From an uncultured Thermococci archaeon (GTDB lineage: Archaea; Methanobacteriota_B; Thermococci; Methanofastidiosales; B48-G16), in the NCBI GenBank assembly GCA_964595645.1, contig CAZQQT010000011.1, forward strand, positions 28,400 to 92,399: DNA of 64,000 nucleotides, given 5' to 3'. The translations under genes and the position numbers were made by a program. The notes beneath the pieces were generated by a model that was given only the letters and a program-made list of their open reading frames with translations, was not told the DNA's origin and did not search any database. This document shows positions 61,005 to 64,000 of this stretch, piece by piece (the stretch's first letter is position 1; each line of letters opens with the position of its first letter).

Positions 61005-64000
61005 TCACTCCAGTATATAACTTAAAGTACCTTTCTCCGTTCCAAGAATAATAAGCACCAAACCTTCCCGTTTCTCCATACCATCTCTTGTCACAATGAT
61101 CGATCTATCCTGTCTCGCGTTGTAGGTGACGTTCACCATCTCTTGCTGTATTCTTAGGTGTTGTACAAGATTTTTAAGTTCACCGCGTCGGTAGACGGAA
61201 ACGATGCCGAAGGCATTTCGCTGTGGCGTTGTGTGTTCTCCATTGTATGTTAGTTCTACTATCTTTGTGTAGAGCACGTTTCGTAACTTTAGATAGAGCA
61301 TTTTCATTTCTAACGTGTTGCCGGTGTCATCTTTGAGCGTATAAAGACGATAGGTTTTGTACCGCATCCGTTTTATTTTGTTGAACGGTACACCGAAATC
61401 CTCTATCTCGCCTTCTTTATCCCTTTTGTTCTTTCCGTGGTGACCGGTGAATGTTTCTCTGTACTCTTCATAGCTTACGTCGACATTATCGTCGATATTG
61501 TCTACACCGATAACTTCAATGTTCTGTGTTTCTGTGTTGAACTTTATATTAGCCTCCGGCGGTGTCCTGTCGATGGTGAATTCTTTAAAGACTGTGTTGT
61601 TGTACTCTGCGCTTTCGCTTATTGTATTCTCGGGATCGATCACTGCGTAGATGGTGTAGATGCCATCTTCTGTAGTCCATGGTATAGCAACGTGTTTACT
61701 CTCTTCTGAGGCTAAAGTTATTACTTTCTCATCGATAACATTAGCGTTCTCCGGCTTTCCGTTGTAGAACTGCACGTTGACATTGTTGGCAGCTAATAGT
61801 CCACGGTTTGACGCATCACAGGAGAGAAGAACTTCGTTTTCGTTGTATTCAATGGATAGATTTGAGAGGGATAGCTCCGGTTGTGCCGAGGCTAGGAGAG
61901 TGAGGAAGGTGTTCAGTCCGTTCTCAGAGGATGCGGTAACTCTCATTTCATAGTCCTTGATTTCTACGTCCGGGACGTTCACCGAAAGCGTGAGTGTCGT
62001 AGTCTCTTTCGGTCCTACCGTGATCGTATCCTGCGAGAGCGATCCCGTCCATTCGTTTGGTAGTTCATGGTCTACCATGAAGGTCTCCTCCTGATCGCCT
62101 TCATTCGTGATATCTATCTCATACTGTAGCGTGGTATTCAATCTTAGTGGCTGAACTGCGTTGGAACTCGAGAGCGAGAGGCCTAGTTTCGGTGTTACCG
62201 TCTCATCGATGACAGAGTCGCCATCATGATCGATCTCTAGTATGTACTCTGTCATCGTTGGACTCATTTCCGTGTATGCTACTGTATCTGGCGTCACTGG
62301 GATATCGGTGTAGCCCCACACTCTTCCCTCATTCCATGAGCTGTACTCCGGAATGAAGTTGAATGTACCGTCACCTGTTCCATGGATCTCTACCGTGTAA
62401 ATGTCGTTTGCTGGTACTAAGTACCTCTCTTCTTCGCCGAGAGAGTTCACATAAGAGTCCGGGATTTTGTGAATGAACTCGCCGTTTTTTGTTCCTGTGA
62501 TCTGTCCCTCCGAGTTTGTGAGGTAGAGATCGGCGGGGCAGTGGAGAGAAAAGTCAAAAAATGGGAAGTCTATCTTTTTTCCATACCATTCTACTGTGAG
62601 TCCCCAATCCGCAGGCTCATGCCACTTCCCTCCTTGATATTTCGGACCCTTTGGCGCACCAGGTACATATCCCCAGTTGCCTCCAAACTCGAGCCAGGGT
62701 TGATCTACAATAAGTGTATCTTTTGATATCTTTAACCTGGTACCTCTATTAGTCTTATCAAAATAGGGAGGTTGTCTCCCAAACAGACCTTCATCAAAGT
62801 ACGCTGCATGAGATCCTTTGGCAACATAGACAACTGGATGGGTCTCCTCCCCAATTTCATCATCGGGTTCAGTTTCTATGTCATTCCACTCTCTGTACTC
62901 TCCTCCTAGATGTCGTGAATATGCAGCACCTTCTGGGATTGTTTCTATTCCGTTCTGTTGGAACTTATTGTAATCTATCAAAACTTCGATCATTTCCCAC
63001 TCGCCTTCGTGATTGTTTACATAATCATTGTACAGATAGTGGAACCAGTACTGTACCACTACGTATTTCTCGCCTTCGTATTCATCTATGATAATCCGCG
63101 CATAGACTCTGTTTGGATCGGTTTGCTTTTCTTCCATTTCATCCTTATAGTCTGCACTTTCATCGTTCAATAAGTCTAGATAGTAGTAATCGATAGGCGC
63201 ATTCTCGTATCCCTGGATATCCTCCGCTGATAGTGGAGGATCTTTTAGGTTCATTCGTTCTGGAGGACTCTGTGGGTAGTCTATGCATCGCCAGAACCCA
63301 GAATTATCTAACATATCCTCTACTTTCGTAGGTCTGAACTTCTCCGCATTCGTTCCTTGCTGATAGTAGTACATATATGGCTTGTACGCCTCTGCAATCG
63401 CGGAAGCACTTATAACGTCAAACTCTGTGGACGCTTCTCCATCTTTATATCCTTCCCTGGAGACGATGACACCTATGCTGTACGTGCCCGACTGTGTCAA
63501 CTCCAGATCCGAGGTGTACGTGCCGTCGCCATTGTCAGTCCACGTCACATCAATCGTCGAGGAATCGGGTGCGGTAATTGTCTCATCGATGGTGCAGCCT
63601 GTGAGTGGATCACCATTCTGTTTCTGGACGGTGACCGTTAACATCGCTTCGTCTCCTGGAAGGTAGCACTCCTTATCGGGCTCGATGGAGACCGTCATTT
63701 CGTTTTCGGGTGGATGGATATCGATGAGATCGAGCCACGTCACGTTCGACGTGTTCCAGACAGGGAAGCGGATGTAGTCCGTACTGGTGTACGACGCTGA
63801 GGTGGGAAGCGTGATCTCCTCCACTTCGTTCACGTACAATGTGAGGGATCCGTCGTAGATAAGGTGGAGATGGTAGGTTCCTGTGGAGATGGGAGAGCTG
63901 GAGGCCTGGGTGCCATCGACGTAGTTGGTAAGAAGGAATCTGTTCCCATCGATTTTTATCGAGTGGAGGGGATCCCCGTACTTCTCCACGCGGTGTTCGA
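61005..64000 (-). CDS. Large extracellular multidomain protein (Ig-like, Vps62/NPP1-like, CARDB-like domains; 5'-partial)
   Basis: QYWFHY.YN....HEGEWE, HPVVYVAKGSHA and W..FGG.WG...P.GP motifs; CARDB-like IDPENTISE...NN; frame is open at the window edge. Confidence 0.75.
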   Translation of the reverse strand, partial: EHRVEKYGDPLHSIKIDGNRFLLTNYVDGTQASSSPISTGTYHLHLIYDGSLTLYVNEVEEITLPTSASYTSTDYIRFPVWNTSNVTWLDLIDIHPPENEMTVSIEPDKECYLPGDEAMLTVTVQKQNGDPLTGCTIDETITAPDSSTIDVTWTDNGDGTYTSDLELTQSGTYSIGVIVSREGYKDGEASTEFDVISASAIAEAYKPYMYYYQQGTNAEKFRPTKVEDMLDNSGFWRCIDYPQSPPERMNLKDPPLSAEDIQGYENAPIDYYYLDLLNDESADYKDEMEEKQTDPNRVYARIIIDEYEGEKYVVVQYWFHYLYNDYVNNHEGEWEMIEVLIDYNKFQQNGIETIPEGAAYSRHLGGEYREWNDIETEPDDEIGEETHPVVYVAKGSHAAYFDEGLFGRQPPYFDKTNRGTRLKISKDTLIVDQPWLEFGGNWGYVPGAPKGPKYQGGKWHEPADWGLTVEWYGKKIDFPFFDFSLHCPADLYLTNSEGQITGTKNGEFIHKIPDSYVNSLGEEERYLVPANDIYTVEIHGTGDGTFNFIPEYSSWNEGRVWGYTDIPVTPDTVAYTEMSPTMTEYILEIDHDGDSVIDETVTPKLGLSLSSSNAVQPLRLNTTLQYEIDITNEGDQEETFMVDHELPNEWTGSLSQDTITVGPKETTTLTLSVNVPDVEIKDYEMRVTASSENGLNTFLTLLASAQPELSLSNLSIEYNENEVLLSCDASNRGLLAANNVNVQFYNGKPENANVIDEKVITLASEESKHVAIPWTTEDGIYTIYAVIDPENTISESAEYNNTVFKEFTIDRTPPEANIKFNTETQNIEVIGVDNIDDNVDVSYEEYRETFTGHHGKNKRDKEGEIEDFGVPFNKIKRMRYKTYRLYTLKDDTGNTLEMKMLYLKLRNVLYTKIVELTYNGEHTTPQRNAFGIVSVYRRGELKNLVQHLRIQQEMVNVTYNARQDRSIIVTRDGMEKREGLVLIILGTEKGTLSYILE

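Larger units (their letters stand above)
59969..61640. repeat. Diverged direct repeat: 59969-60524 vs 60986-61640
   Basis: Shared blocks such as cccatacactcactcc...cttaaagtacctttctccgttc, gtactcttcatagcttacgtc.acattatcgtcgatattgtctac and ctttcgcttattgtattctcgggatcgat. Confidence 0.9.

Noticed and set aside
1-64000. CRISPR array, IS elements, integrase, rRNA
   Set aside because: I saw no regularly spaced repeats and no transposase, recombinase or rRNA-like sequence.

Overview
Archaeal (euryarchaeal-type) chromosomal segment. The evidence is egsA, rfcS/rfcL, a PCNA homologue, taw3, GGTGA-type RBSs and an intron-containing tRNA-Met. A Thermococci-related anaerobic heterotroph such as Methanofastidiosia/Theionarchaea is my guess only. 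Housekeeping content includes pyrD, pyrC, ilvE, a LeuC/HacA-family large subunit, ino1, nrdR-nrdD-nrdG with tandem NrdR boxes, an AlaX-type editor, a proline-utilisation cluster (putP, pip, four-subunit dye-linked proline dehydrogenase) and four tRNAs. The most striking accessory feature is at 34.0-40.2 kb, next to tRNA-Ile. A large secreted Cys-rich carrier gene, now frameshifted, ends in a variable helical-hairpin C-terminal domain plus a coupled small membrane gene. It is followed by an array of start-less alternative C-terminal cassettes that reuse the same Cys/Pro-Thr linker, each paired with a different membrane gene. This is the architecture of a polymorphic toxin/immunity cassette array, apparently in a non-Rhs, non-Cdi archaeal form. 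Other candidate systems are: a V4R + Roadblock + tandem 3-TM paralogue operon (10.9-13.3 kb); a secreted Cys-rich pre-pro-protein with an FtsX-type ABC transporter carrying a compositionally distinct ectodomain (23-26.6 kb); a PEP-utiliser/beta-barrel/OYE operon (55.4-59.8 kb); and a Vps62-like surface protein with a duplicated orphan C-terminus (60-64 kb). All functional calls come from motif recognition by eye; no database searches were run.
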